A stretch of DNA of 28,021 bases from a virus (Duplodnaviria > Caudoviricetes): the IMG/VR virus record IMGVR_UViG_3300032225_001834, positions 1 to 28,021 of that record, one strand, 5' to 3'. Position numbers and translations under genes: made by a program. The stretch's first letter is position 1, and each line of letters opens with the position of its first letter. The notes beneath the pieces were generated by a model. The model was given only the letters and a program-made list of their open reading frames with translations, had not been told where the DNA came from and did not search any database. This document shows positions 20,766 to 28,021 of this stretch, in pieces.

Positions 20766-22978
20766 TGGCTGGTCAGTTTGATAACTGGAAAAAGATCCTA
20801 TCAACATCTAGCTCACGTCCAGATGTATACATGCGTGATCCAGAAAAAGATGAAGCAGGTAATGTAACTCAAGTATTCCCAAAAATTGTTGCGCCAGCCC
20901 CAACTATTAAAAAATCAGATGTAGATCTAAATGGTAAGGGTAAAGATACAAATATTACAAAAGCAACCGTTAATGTTGCTAAAGGTCGCATAGAAGACAC
21001 AAATATTCGTAATCTAGAACGTAATCAAAAGTATTACTTTAAAGGTACTGCTAAAAGTCAACGTGAAGGTCTTGCAACAACAACTATGCGTCTTAATGAA
21101 GACACCGGTGAAGTTTACGATACTGAAGACAATAGACCAGCTCCATCAGGCCGTGTTATGCCTAAACGTAAGGCTAACCCTAAGTACTTGGCTGCAGATG
21201 TTCAACGACAAAATGAAGATTTAAAAAAATTTACTGAAGAAGATACAAATCGTAATTTGGGTGGTGGAGACACTACCGGTGAAGGTGTATTTAATGCTGG
21301 AGAAAAAGCAAAGGGTTCCACTCTTCGTTCTGTAAACGGTGTTACATTTGACACAAAAGATTATGATGATTATCTAAATACTATTGCAGCAAATAATATT
21401 TCTAAAGCTCCACAACCATATGATATTTCTGAGTTTGAATCTAAAAAAACTACATCTTCTGGTGCAGCTTCAACTCCAAAAGTTACTGTTAAAGAAGGAC
21501 CAAATAAATCTGAAGACCCATCAGATTATGAACAAGACCCTACATTTACACGAGTAAAGAAAGTTAAAGCCCGTAAAGGCGGAACTCTACACGGTGTAAA
21601 AGAAGTTAGAGATTTTGAGACAGAACACCCAGATTCCGATCAATCATCTGCTGCCACAGGAAAAACTACTGCCGCAGCTAATAAAAATAGTAGTTTTACA
21701 GAACCTCTTGCAAAACCAACAAAAAGAACAATTGTTACTGAACCTGCTAGAGCGGTTGTAGAAGAGAGTATTTCTGATTCAGCTCATGATCTTCGTGCAT
21801 CTATGTCTGAAGGACAAGACCCAGATATTACAAGTACCACTATGCGTGAAGTTCCTGCAGAAGGTCCCGCCGCACCAGTACGTATTAAAGATCTTCCTGG
21901 CAAGCCAATAGCGGCTGTACCTACCCGTACTTCACGTAATACTGCGCCATATGCAAAACCAACAGTTAATAAGCCTGGTTATGTAATTCCTCCAATTGCT
22001 ATGGATACTTTTGGCGCTCAAGAAGTAGATAGAGAACAAGCTGAAAAAGAACGTAGAATTCATGTTAAAAATAAAATTGAATCTACTAAAACAACTGTTC
22101 TTGACCCAAATGAGCGTCCAGCTAAAGCTGTAGCTGGTCAAACTCCTGAAGCAGCGTTAATTGCAGCTTCACGCCGTGAAGTATACGCGGGAGAACTTGC
22201 TAAAGAGGGTAAAACACTGACTACTGTTCATCCAGCAGTTTTGGATACAGCTAAACGTCTTGGACTTACAGATATGTATAACCTTGATAAAGATTATGTA
22301 AATAGTACTGCTTTCTTAGCTCACCCAGCAATTAGAAAAGCAACTGTTGCTCATGAATATGGCGTGCATCATCTATTAGGTACTGAAAACGATTTACTTC
22401 ACCAGTATCTTGGAGAAAAACCAATAAAAGCTGAAGAGCTTTTATCTAGAGCTTACAAAATTGTTGACCGTAAGCGTCGTGGAAATCCAGAATCAGAGCC
22501 GGGTGAGTATGAAGGGTTGGGGGCAATGATTCGTGCCGGATCAAGTCCACAACAGACTTTGCGTGCTATTAGAAGCGGTAAGAAAACTGATGTAACAATT
22601 AATGGAGTAACACCTACTTTAGCTCCAGGATCTAGCTATAACCGTTCAGTTACTCACGATAATGCAAGTAAGATTACTGATCAGGTTGAGACAGCCCCTA
22701 AGGTTGCTCAAGGTGTTGTTGCATCAAAACCTTATGCACCAAAACCAACGGATCCAAAAGGAGTTGCAGTCCGTCGTATTGGTCAACCGTTGGAAGAAGC
22801 TGAACCTCGTGAGTTTAGTCCACGAGAACTTCGAAATAAGAAAAAGTATGTTCCAACTTCTGACGACTCTAAGCGTAAAGCTGGTGCTGGTCCTGTAGAG
22901 GAAACAGTTAATGAAGAGTCAGATATTATTGATCGCCTTAAAAAAGGCCCAAAGTATGCTGAACCATTTGAGTTCTAA
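20765..22978 (+). CDS. Large, mostly low-complexity charged hypothetical protein
   Basis: 737-aa ORF rich in K/T/E/P/A; TAATG-coupled at both ends. Confidence 0.85.
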   Translation: MAGQFDNWKKILSTSSSRPDVYMRDPEKDEAGNVTQVFPKIVAPAPTIKKSDVDLNGKGKDTNITKATVNVAKGRIEDTNIRNLERNQKYYFKGTAKSQREGLATTTMRLNEDTGEVYDTEDNRPAPSGRVMPKRKANPKYLAADVQRQNEDLKKFTEEDTNRNLGGGDTTGEGVFNAGEKAKGSTLRSVNGVTFDTKDYDDYLNTIAANNISKAPQPYDISEFESKKTTSSGAASTPKVTVKEGPNKSEDPSDYEQDPTFTRVKKVKARKGGTLHGVKEVRDFETEHPDSDQSSAATGKTTAAANKNSSFTEPLAKPTKRTIVTEPARAVVEESISDSAHDLRASMSEGQDPDITSTTMREVPAEGPAAPVRIKDLPGKPIAAVPTRTSRNTAPYAKPTVNKPGYVIPPIAMDTFGAQEVDREQAEKERRIHVKNKIESTKTTVLDPNERPAKAVAGQTPEAALIAASRREVYAGELAKEGKTLTTVHPAVLDTAKRLGLTDMYNLDKDYVNSTAFLAHPAIRKATVAHEYGVHHLLGTENDLLHQYLGEKPIKAEELLSRAYKIVDRKRRGNPESEPGEYEGLGAMIRAGSSPQQTLRAIRSGKKTDVTINGVTPTLAPGSSYNRSVTHDNASKITDQVETAPKVAQGVVASKPYAPKPTDPKGVAVRRIGQPLEEAEPREFSPRELRNKKKYVPTSDDSKRKAGAGPVEETVNEESDIIDRLKKGPKYAEPFEF

Positions 22979-23160
22979 TGTCACGGTCAGAGGTTTTTTC
23001 ATCTAAACCTCGTGAGGTTAAGGTCTTTAAAGATCTACGCCACAATGCACGAGAAGCTGCAGAGTATCTAACAGGTCTTAAGCCTGATCAAGCTGATGAC
23101 TCACATGTTATTACCCGCCAGCGTTATGGTCGTGGTGTTAGTGGTGAATCGAGTAATTAA
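22978..23160 (+). CDS. Hypothetical protein
   Basis: TAATG overlaps at both ends. Confidence 0.75.
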   Translation: MSRSEVFSSKPREVKVFKDLRHNAREAAEYLTGLKPDQADDSHVITRQRYGRGVSGESSN

Positions 23161-23447
23161 TGGGAAAGCGTAAAGAAAAGTACTTTGGTGCTAGAAGCGG
23201 TAATGGCTCACCCCGTATCCGCATGTCTGTATCAGACCGTAACTCTAAAGCTGCTCGCCCGTGGAATGATCCGGATGTAGTTAGTGCTTCAGAAGCTTAT
23301 GGTGTACCATTTGGAAGTAATAACCATGTAGCTTTACACGAAAATAGGTTAGAATCTATTGGTAGTTTAAAGCCACATGAAAGAACAACTTGTAGTCAAT
23401 GTGGCAATTTTAATAAGAAATGTACTTGTACAGAGGAGTGGAACTAA
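23160..23447 (+). CDS. Hypothetical protein with a C-terminal CxxC...CxC
   Basis: CSQCGNFNKKCTC; TAATG overlaps. Confidence 0.75.
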   Translation: MGKRKEKYFGARSGNGSPRIRMSVSDRNSKAARPWNDPDVVSASEAYGVPFGSNNHVALHENRLESIGSLKPHERTTCSQCGNFNKKCTCTEEWN

Positions 23448-23701
23448 TGGCTAAGTCACCAGCATGGCAACGTAAAGAGGGCAAGAATCCTAATGGCGGC
23501 TTAAACGCTAAAGGACGTGCTTCAGCTAAAAAAGAAGGCCATGACCTTAAAGCACCCAGCAAAGATCACGATAACAAGCGTCATAAGTCTTTCTGTGCCC
23601 GTATGAAGGGTATGAAAGCTAAGAACACTGGAAGCAAAGCTGCTAAAGATCCAAACAGCCGTATCAACAAATCACTTCGTGCTTGGGATTGCACCTGCTA
23701 G
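23447..23701 (+). CDS. DUF6321-like basic phage protein
   Basis: MAKSPAWQRKEGKNP.GGLNAKGRAS...R.KSFCARM.GM.....AKDPNSRINKSLRAWDC; RBS GAGGAG. Confidence 0.8.
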   Translation: MAKSPAWQRKEGKNPNGGLNAKGRASAKKEGHDLKAPSKDHDNKRHKSFCARMKGMKAKNTGSKAAKDPNSRINKSLRAWDCTC

Positions 23702-24000
23702 TGGCTACAAAGAAAAAAGTAGTAGCTGGCGGTAAAGAGTATAAAGGCTCTGCCGCTAATGGCGGCCGTAAAATTATTGTTGAGCACTATAAAGATAAAG
23801 ACGGTAATTGGCACACCACGTCTAAGAACGCTGCTCGTGCTAAGTATGAGAAGAAGACTGGTAAGAAGTTACCACGAAATGTTGACGTGGATCATAAGAA
23901 TAACAACCACGATGATGATTCTACCGGAAACCTGCGCCCGCTTTCTCACGGTAAGAATACCGCTAAAGAAAACAAGCGCAGGGCCGGCAAGAAGTCTTAG
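23701..24000 (+). CDS. Basic HNH-motif protein
   Basis: GTG start overlapping TAG; GKKLP..VDVDHKNNN..DD...NL..LSH..N. Confidence 0.8.
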   Translation: MATKKKVVAGGKEYKGSAANGGRKIIVEHYKDKDGNWHTTSKNAARAKYEKKTGKKLPRNVDVDHKNNNHDDDSTGNLRPLSHGKNTAKENKRRAGKKS

Positions 24001-24512
24001 ACCGAGGGTACTGCTTTTAGCCAATACTGAACTACTCCGCTATATTGCTGATTCTTTTCAGCTTTCCAGGCGGTCCAATTTTTGCCCCCAGCAGACATTT
24101 TAAAGGCTATCTGGGCATTGGTGACCGGATCATATAGGTCATCGGCTGAACTAAGCTTATACTGGCTTACACGGGCTTTTAAAGACCCATATACGTTGAC
24201 TTGAAAGAGACCGTAGGAGTTATCCCCCGTTTTGGCATTGCCATTGTGGGATCTTGGATTTCCGTGGGATTCTTTCATAGCAACAGCCCAAGCAGTCTTT
24301 AATTCACGACCTCTAAACCCTGTTAGGTATAGAAGGTCATAAAGCTGCGTTTGAGTTAGCTTATGTAGTTTGGAGTACTTCATTACGGGGCTCACGCACA
24401 TGGGAGCTACCTTTGCTTTAACAGCCTGAGCTGTTTGAATGAACGTATTTGTTAAGACCAATGTTATGGCCATTACTATTACAAATAGTTTTCTTTTTCC
24501 ATTAAAGTGCAC
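23997..24512 (-). CDS. Secreted or membrane-anchored lytic transglycosylase (SLT/lysozyme-like)
   Basis: Signal-like N-terminus KRKLFVIVMAITLVL...AQA; AVAMKES.GNP (catalytic Glu), SYGLFQVN, LYDP..NA..A, W.AW; GTG start at 24512 after AGGAGA. Confidence 0.88.
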   Translation of the reverse strand: MHFNGKRKLFVIVMAITLVLTNTFIQTAQAVKAKVAPMCVSPVMKYSKLHKLTQTQLYDLLYLTGFRGRELKTAWAVAMKESHGNPRSHNGNAKTGDNSYGLFQVNVYGSLKARVSQYKLSSADDLYDPVTNAQIAFKMSAGGKNWTAWKAEKNQQYSGVVQYWLKAVPSV

Positions 24513-24648
24513 ACTATCTCCTAGGCTAGAGGACCAACCCGAATCTTTTATCACCTGTCACCTGATAAAAAATAGCCTGGCGTCTGTCTGCCAAGCTAGT
24601 TGCAACCCTTTTGTTACGTAGTTAGTGTTAGGGAGGTTTATTTCCCTA
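24513..24648 (-). promoter_or_regulatory. Structured ~135-nt 5' leader of the transglycosylase
   Basis: Four consecutive hairpins (24629-24648, 24573-24598, 24546-24570, 24523-24540), the last abutting the SD. Confidence 0.55.
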
Positions 24649-24653
24649 TCTCT

Positions 24654-24718
24654 ATCCTAGCAGTAAATACAGGGTTGACGCAACCGCCAAATCAAAATAT
24701 GGTGTAAGATAGCTCACA
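24654..24718. promoter_or_regulatory. Back-to-back sigma70/SigA-like promoters with a CRP-like box
   Basis: Plus strand: TTGACG-17-TATGGT (24675-24703). Minus strand: TTGCGT-18-TAGGAT with TGn extension (24683-24654). TGTAA-N6-TCACA at 24703-24718. Confidence 0.55.
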
Positions 24719-24740
24719 TACTATTAAAAAGGGGCAAAAT

Positions 24741-25022
24741 ATGAGAATTGTACAAAGAATTATTACAAAACAAGGTCACCCTGTTCCATCTAGTTCTCAC
24801 GCACCACGAGGACCGTTTCCTGCAGAGTTATTTATTGAGCCTGAAATTATTAGCGATTACGTCCCATTTGATGAAGAACATGAGCGTGGCGCTACAGCAC
24901 AGACTGATTTTAAGTCACCTAAGCTCTTTCGTTGTAAAGACTGCGCTGTGATAGTATTAGAGCATGAAGTGCCAGACCACTGGTGCGAGGGAACGGGCGA
25001 AACTAATGGCGAAGACTCATGA
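24741..25022 (+). CDS. Hypothetical protein with a C-terminal CxxC...HxC zinc finger
   Basis: RBS AAGGGG; FRCKDC......E...HWC. Confidence 0.8.
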   Translation: MRIVQRIITKQGHPVPSSSHAPRGPFPAELFIEPEIISDYVPFDEEHERGATAQTDFKSPKLFRCKDCAVIVLEHEVPDHWCEGTGETNGEDS

Positions 25023-25299
25023 TGTTGGGAAGTTTTATTGGCACCCAATGACTTACCCAGTAAAACCTCCTGTAGTAATAGAACGAGCAGAAACCCAAGA
25101 GATTGATGATCCTTACCGTTTTGGTAAAGGTTGGTGTATAAGATTACCTCTAACAAGAAAGTCAATCGTTATTGGTAAATGGATTAAGCAGTATACTGAA
25201 AGCCAAGCGTTAACTATTGCAGTTAACGGTCGAAGCATGAAACAAGATGAAGTTGACTGGGATATGATTAGATTTGGGGCAACTGATGAAGATATTTAA
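25006..25299 (+). CDS. Hypothetical protein
   Basis: Likely start MAKTHDVGKFYWH at 25006. Confidence 0.75.
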   Translation: MAKTHDVGKFYWHPMTYPVKPPVVIERAETQEIDDPYRFGKGWCIRLPLTRKSIVIGKWIKQYTESQALTIAVNGRSMKQDEVDWDMIRFGATDEDI

Positions 25300-25525
25300 G
25301 CGTAAGAGTAAAACTGTAAAAGAATTAACTAAAGTTCAGCGCAGGGTAAAATCTCTTCCTACACCTGAGCTACTTACTTGGACAGATCAAATTATGTATT
25401 CTGTCGGCCGTAATCTTTCTGCATGGCAAAAAACTCAGTATGCAGATAATTTAGCAGAGGCACGTTTAGGCGCAGAGTCACTCAGCGCTATTCTAGATAC
25501 CCTAAGTGAAAGACACGGCCTGTGA
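25286..25525 (+). CDS. Hypothetical helical protein upstream of the terminase
   Basis: MKIFKRK...; GTGA overlap with the terminase start. Confidence 0.75.
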   Translation: MKIFKRKSKTVKELTKVQRRVKSLPTPELLTWTDQIMYSVGRNLSAWQKTQYADNLAEARLGAESLSAILDTLSERHGL

Positions 25526-27099
25526 CCACCAGTGCTTTTGACGAGCTAGAGCCAGAGGACTTTGACGAATTTGGCAACGTACTGCCAGAAGAACCGGAAG
25601 ATGATGGCTTAGATGAACTTTCTAAAGAGTTTGTAAAAGCTCTTGTAGAAAAGATCATGGGCTTTATGAAAGTCTTGGTTGGACATGAGCTACACGTCTA
25701 CCAGCAACCTTTAGCACGCAGACTGATTGAGTCTGTAATTATTAATGATGGTGAAGAAATCACCGCCCTTGCTTCTCGTCAGAGTGGCAAGTCAGAAACT
25801 ATTGCTAATACCGTAGCAACCCTTATGGTTATCCTCCCACGCCTAGCTAAAATGTACCCAGAGCTTATGGGTAAGTTTGGTGATGGAATTATGGTGGGAA
25901 TGTTTGCCCCAGTTCAATCACAGGTAGAAACACTGTATTCCCGTACAGTATCACGCTTAACTAGCGAGTCTGCCCTGGATGTACTTGGAGACCCTGAGAT
26001 TGACGATATGGTTTCTAAGACCCCAGGCGTAGTAAGAAACATCCGCCTTAAGAACTCCGGTTCATCTCTTATGATGATGACAGCTAACCCTAGAGCTAAG
26101 ATTGAATCTAAGTCGTTTCACCTCATTATTATTGACGAGTGTCAAGAAGCTGATGACTTCGTAGTAGCTAAGTCTATTGCGCCTATGGGTGCGTACTACA
26201 ACGCTACTATGGTCAAGACAGGGACACCAACTACTCACAAAAATAACTTCTACAAGGCTATTCAGTTTAACAAGCGTAGACAAACTAGCCGCAATGCTCG
26301 ACAGAACCATTTCCAATGGGACTGGAGAGATGTAGCAAAGGTAAACCCAAACTATGAAAAGTTTATTAAGAAGGAAATGCTTCGCATTAATGAAGACTCT
26401 GACGAGTTCCAGCTTTCGTACAACTGTAAGTGGTTGTTGGAGAGAGGAATGTTCGTCACATCCTCAATCATGGATGATCTTGGAGACACCTCACAAGAAA
26501 TTGTCAAGAGCTGGCATAGATCGCCAGTTGTTGTGGGGATTGACCCGGCACGCAAGATGGACTCAACTGTTGTCACGGTAGTCTGGGTAGATTGGGATCG
26601 CCCCGATGAATACGGTTATTATGATCATAGAGTATTAAACTGGCTTGAAATGCAGGGAGATGACTGGGAAGAACAATATTTCCAGATCCAACAGTTTCTA
26701 TCTGCATACGATGTACTTGCAATCGGTATTGACGCTAACGGTGTTGGCGATGCAGTAGCTGGACGTTTAAAGATTTTAATGCCACGTGCAGAAGTAATTC
26801 CGGTTACCTCTAGCCCTACAGAACAATCTAAGCGGTGGAAACACCTACAAGCTTTAATTCAACGTCAGATGGTCTCATGGCCTTCCCATGCTAAGACTCG
26901 TCGCCTACGTATTTGGAAAAAGTTCTACCAACAGATGACGGATGCCGAAGTGCAATACAAAGGCCCTAACTTTATGGTTGCTGCTCCAGATGAGGCACAT
27001 GCCCATGATGACTTTGTGGATTCACTAGCATTAGCATGCTCCCTTACTCAAGAACTAGTTATGCCAACAATTGAAGTTTCAGCAAGTCCTTTCTTCTAA
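25522..27099 (+). CDS. terL: Terminase large subunit
   Basis: YQ adenine-binding motif, Walker A SRQSGKS, Walker B IIIDECQ, coupling motif GTP, nuclease motifs VGIDPA, IDANGVG and HDDFVDS. Confidence 0.93.
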   Translation: MTTSAFDELEPEDFDEFGNVLPEEPEDDGLDELSKEFVKALVEKIMGFMKVLVGHELHVYQQPLARRLIESVIINDGEEITALASRQSGKSETIANTVATLMVILPRLAKMYPELMGKFGDGIMVGMFAPVQSQVETLYSRTVSRLTSESALDVLGDPEIDDMVSKTPGVVRNIRLKNSGSSLMMMTANPRAKIESKSFHLIIIDECQEADDFVVAKSIAPMGAYYNATMVKTGTPTTHKNNFYKAIQFNKRRQTSRNARQNHFQWDWRDVAKVNPNYEKFIKKEMLRINEDSDEFQLSYNCKWLLERGMFVTSSIMDDLGDTSQEIVKSWHRSPVVVGIDPARKMDSTVVTVVWVDWDRPDEYGYYDHRVLNWLEMQGDDWEEQYFQIQQFLSAYDVLAIGIDANGVGDAVAGRLKILMPRAEVIPVTSSPTEQSKRWKHLQALIQRQMVSWPSHAKTRRLRIWKKFYQQMTDAEVQYKGPNFMVAAPDEAHAHDDFVDSLALACSLTQELVMPTIEVSASPFF

Positions 27100-27187
27100 A
27101 AAGAACACCTTTAGGCTGACTAATGCCTAAATAGAAGCGAGAATTATGCCTGAGGACCTCAATCCCAACCCTATAGGAGAATATAAA

Positions 27188-27595
27188 ATGGCAGTAGAAA
27201 ATATCGCCCCAACACCTCAGTTCCCTGAGCGTCCGGGCACCTCTTACGAACGTAAGATGTCAATGGCAACACCAGGCCTTCGTGGCCCACTTCGCTTTGA
27301 AGAAGGAATTGCAACAGACACAGATGTACCAAATGATTTCCAACTTGGTTTGGATCAAGGTTACGACACTCCAGAAGGACGTCCTAACCACAATGTAAAC
27401 GTAATGGAAAAGTATGCAGACGAGACAATGCGTGAGCGTGCTCACGTTGGTTCAGCTGCATGGGTAGAAGCTCCAACATACCTAGGCGAATTCGCACAAG
27501 GTAACTTCGGAGATCACTCTACAGTCGTTATCGAAGAAGTCATCCGCAACGGCTCACGCCAAGAGCGCATGAACCCAGCTTCAGTCCTAGACTAA
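27188..27595 (+). CDS. Hypothetical protein between terminase and portal
   Basis: Start MAVENIAPTPQFPE after RBS AGGAGA; strongly biased codons. Confidence 0.85.
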   Translation: MAVENIAPTPQFPERPGTSYERKMSMATPGLRGPLRFEEGIATDTDVPNDFQLGLDQGYDTPEGRPNHNVNVMEKYADETMRERAHVGSAAWVEAPTYLGEFAQGNFGDHSTVVIEEVIRNGSRQERMNPASVLD

Positions 27596-27615
27596 AAAAT
27601 ACGATAGACTATACT

Positions 27616-27655
27616 GGTCTCCAGCTCTGTACCCCTTTCTCCGGAGCTGGAGACC
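27616..27655 (+). other. 14-bp intergenic hairpin without a U tail
   Basis: GGTCTCCAGCTCTG/CGGAGCTGGAGACC directly upstream of RBS AGGAGG. Confidence 0.65.
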
Positions 27656-27671
27656 TCTATAGGAGGAGACG

Positions 27672-27938
27672 ATGGCACAACCTAGTAACCCGAAGTTGTA
27701 CAACATGTTATTAGCGCAAGCTAAAGCAAAGTTTCCTTCGCATAAACCAAATGGCTTAAGTTTTCCAGCAGCTAAATGGTTTGGCAATGAGTATGCAAGA
27801 CAAGGCGGGGGCTTTGTAGATTCTATTAAACAAGTAGATCCAAAGTTACGTGACTTTAAGCAAGAAGAAGTTGAGAAAGAAAAGCGTAAAGAAGCATCAG
27901 AAAAAAAGAAGAAGAAACAATCAGGTTTCGTCGTTTAA
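27672..27938 (+). CDS. Basic hypothetical protein
   Basis: RBS AGGAGG; P.NPKLY......AK.KF......AA.W...EY...GG.F. Confidence 0.8.
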   Translation: MAQPSNPKLYNMLLAQAKAKFPSHKPNGLSFPAAKWFGNEYARQGGGFVDSIKQVDPKLRDFKQEEVEKEKRKEASEKKKKKQSGFVV

Positions 27939-27971
27939 GTTGGGGGCAACTATGAAGTCAGGATGTAATCA

Positions 27972-28021
27972 ATGAGCGGTGGTATGGATTTTTCACCTCC
28001 CAGTTATCGGGCGGCGTCATC
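27972..28021 (+). CDS. 5' end of the probable portal protein (truncated by the window)
   Basis: MSGGMDFSPPSYRAAS...; position downstream of terL, and the FSPPSYRAAS start resembles, from recollection only, portal N-termini of large actinophages. Confidence 0.5.
   Translation, partial: MSGGMDFSPPSYRAAS

Noticed and set aside
24513-24648. c-di-AMP (ydaO), SAM-IV or guanidine-II riboswitch
   Set aside because: I could not find their conserved nucleotides; the loops carry GACAG rather than ACGR. Kept as an unassigned structured leader.

Overview
A 28 kb segment of a tailed dsDNA phage genome that very likely infects Actinobacteria (it carries whiB, DUF4192-like, MSMEG_6728-like and PASTA-like genes). 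It has three blocks. (1) The end of a rightward replication block (1-2.9 kb): HNH, class II B12-dependent ribonucleotide reductase and a hyper-acidic microprotein. (2) A leftward arm of small early/host-takeover-like genes (2.95-15.4 kb): orphan HicA, a pyrimidine-dimer glycosylase-like gene, a MoxR AAA+/metallopeptidase-vWA pair, WhiB and many Zn-finger microproteins. (3) A rightward arm from 15.75 kb: two KTSC-like genes, Hsp20, tRNA-Asn, a proteasome-beta/HslV-like protease, a PASTA-like protein, DUF6321, HNH, a leftward lytic transglycosylase, the large terminase and probably the start of the portal. The most striking unexplained signal is non-coding. An exact asymmetric 12-mer, CCAACACAAACA, occurs 8 times at 1.0-1.8 kb intervals between 2.9 and 12.6 kb, always on the sense strand of local transcription. 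Several copies follow stop codons directly and three lie inside genes in two different reading frames. The same arm has a series of long intergenic RNA hairpins whose G-U pairs work only on the transcribed strand, plus a compact pseudoknot. CRP-like boxes sit at both divergence points, and a structured leader precedes the transglycosylase. Family calls come from motif recognition by eye; no database search was run.
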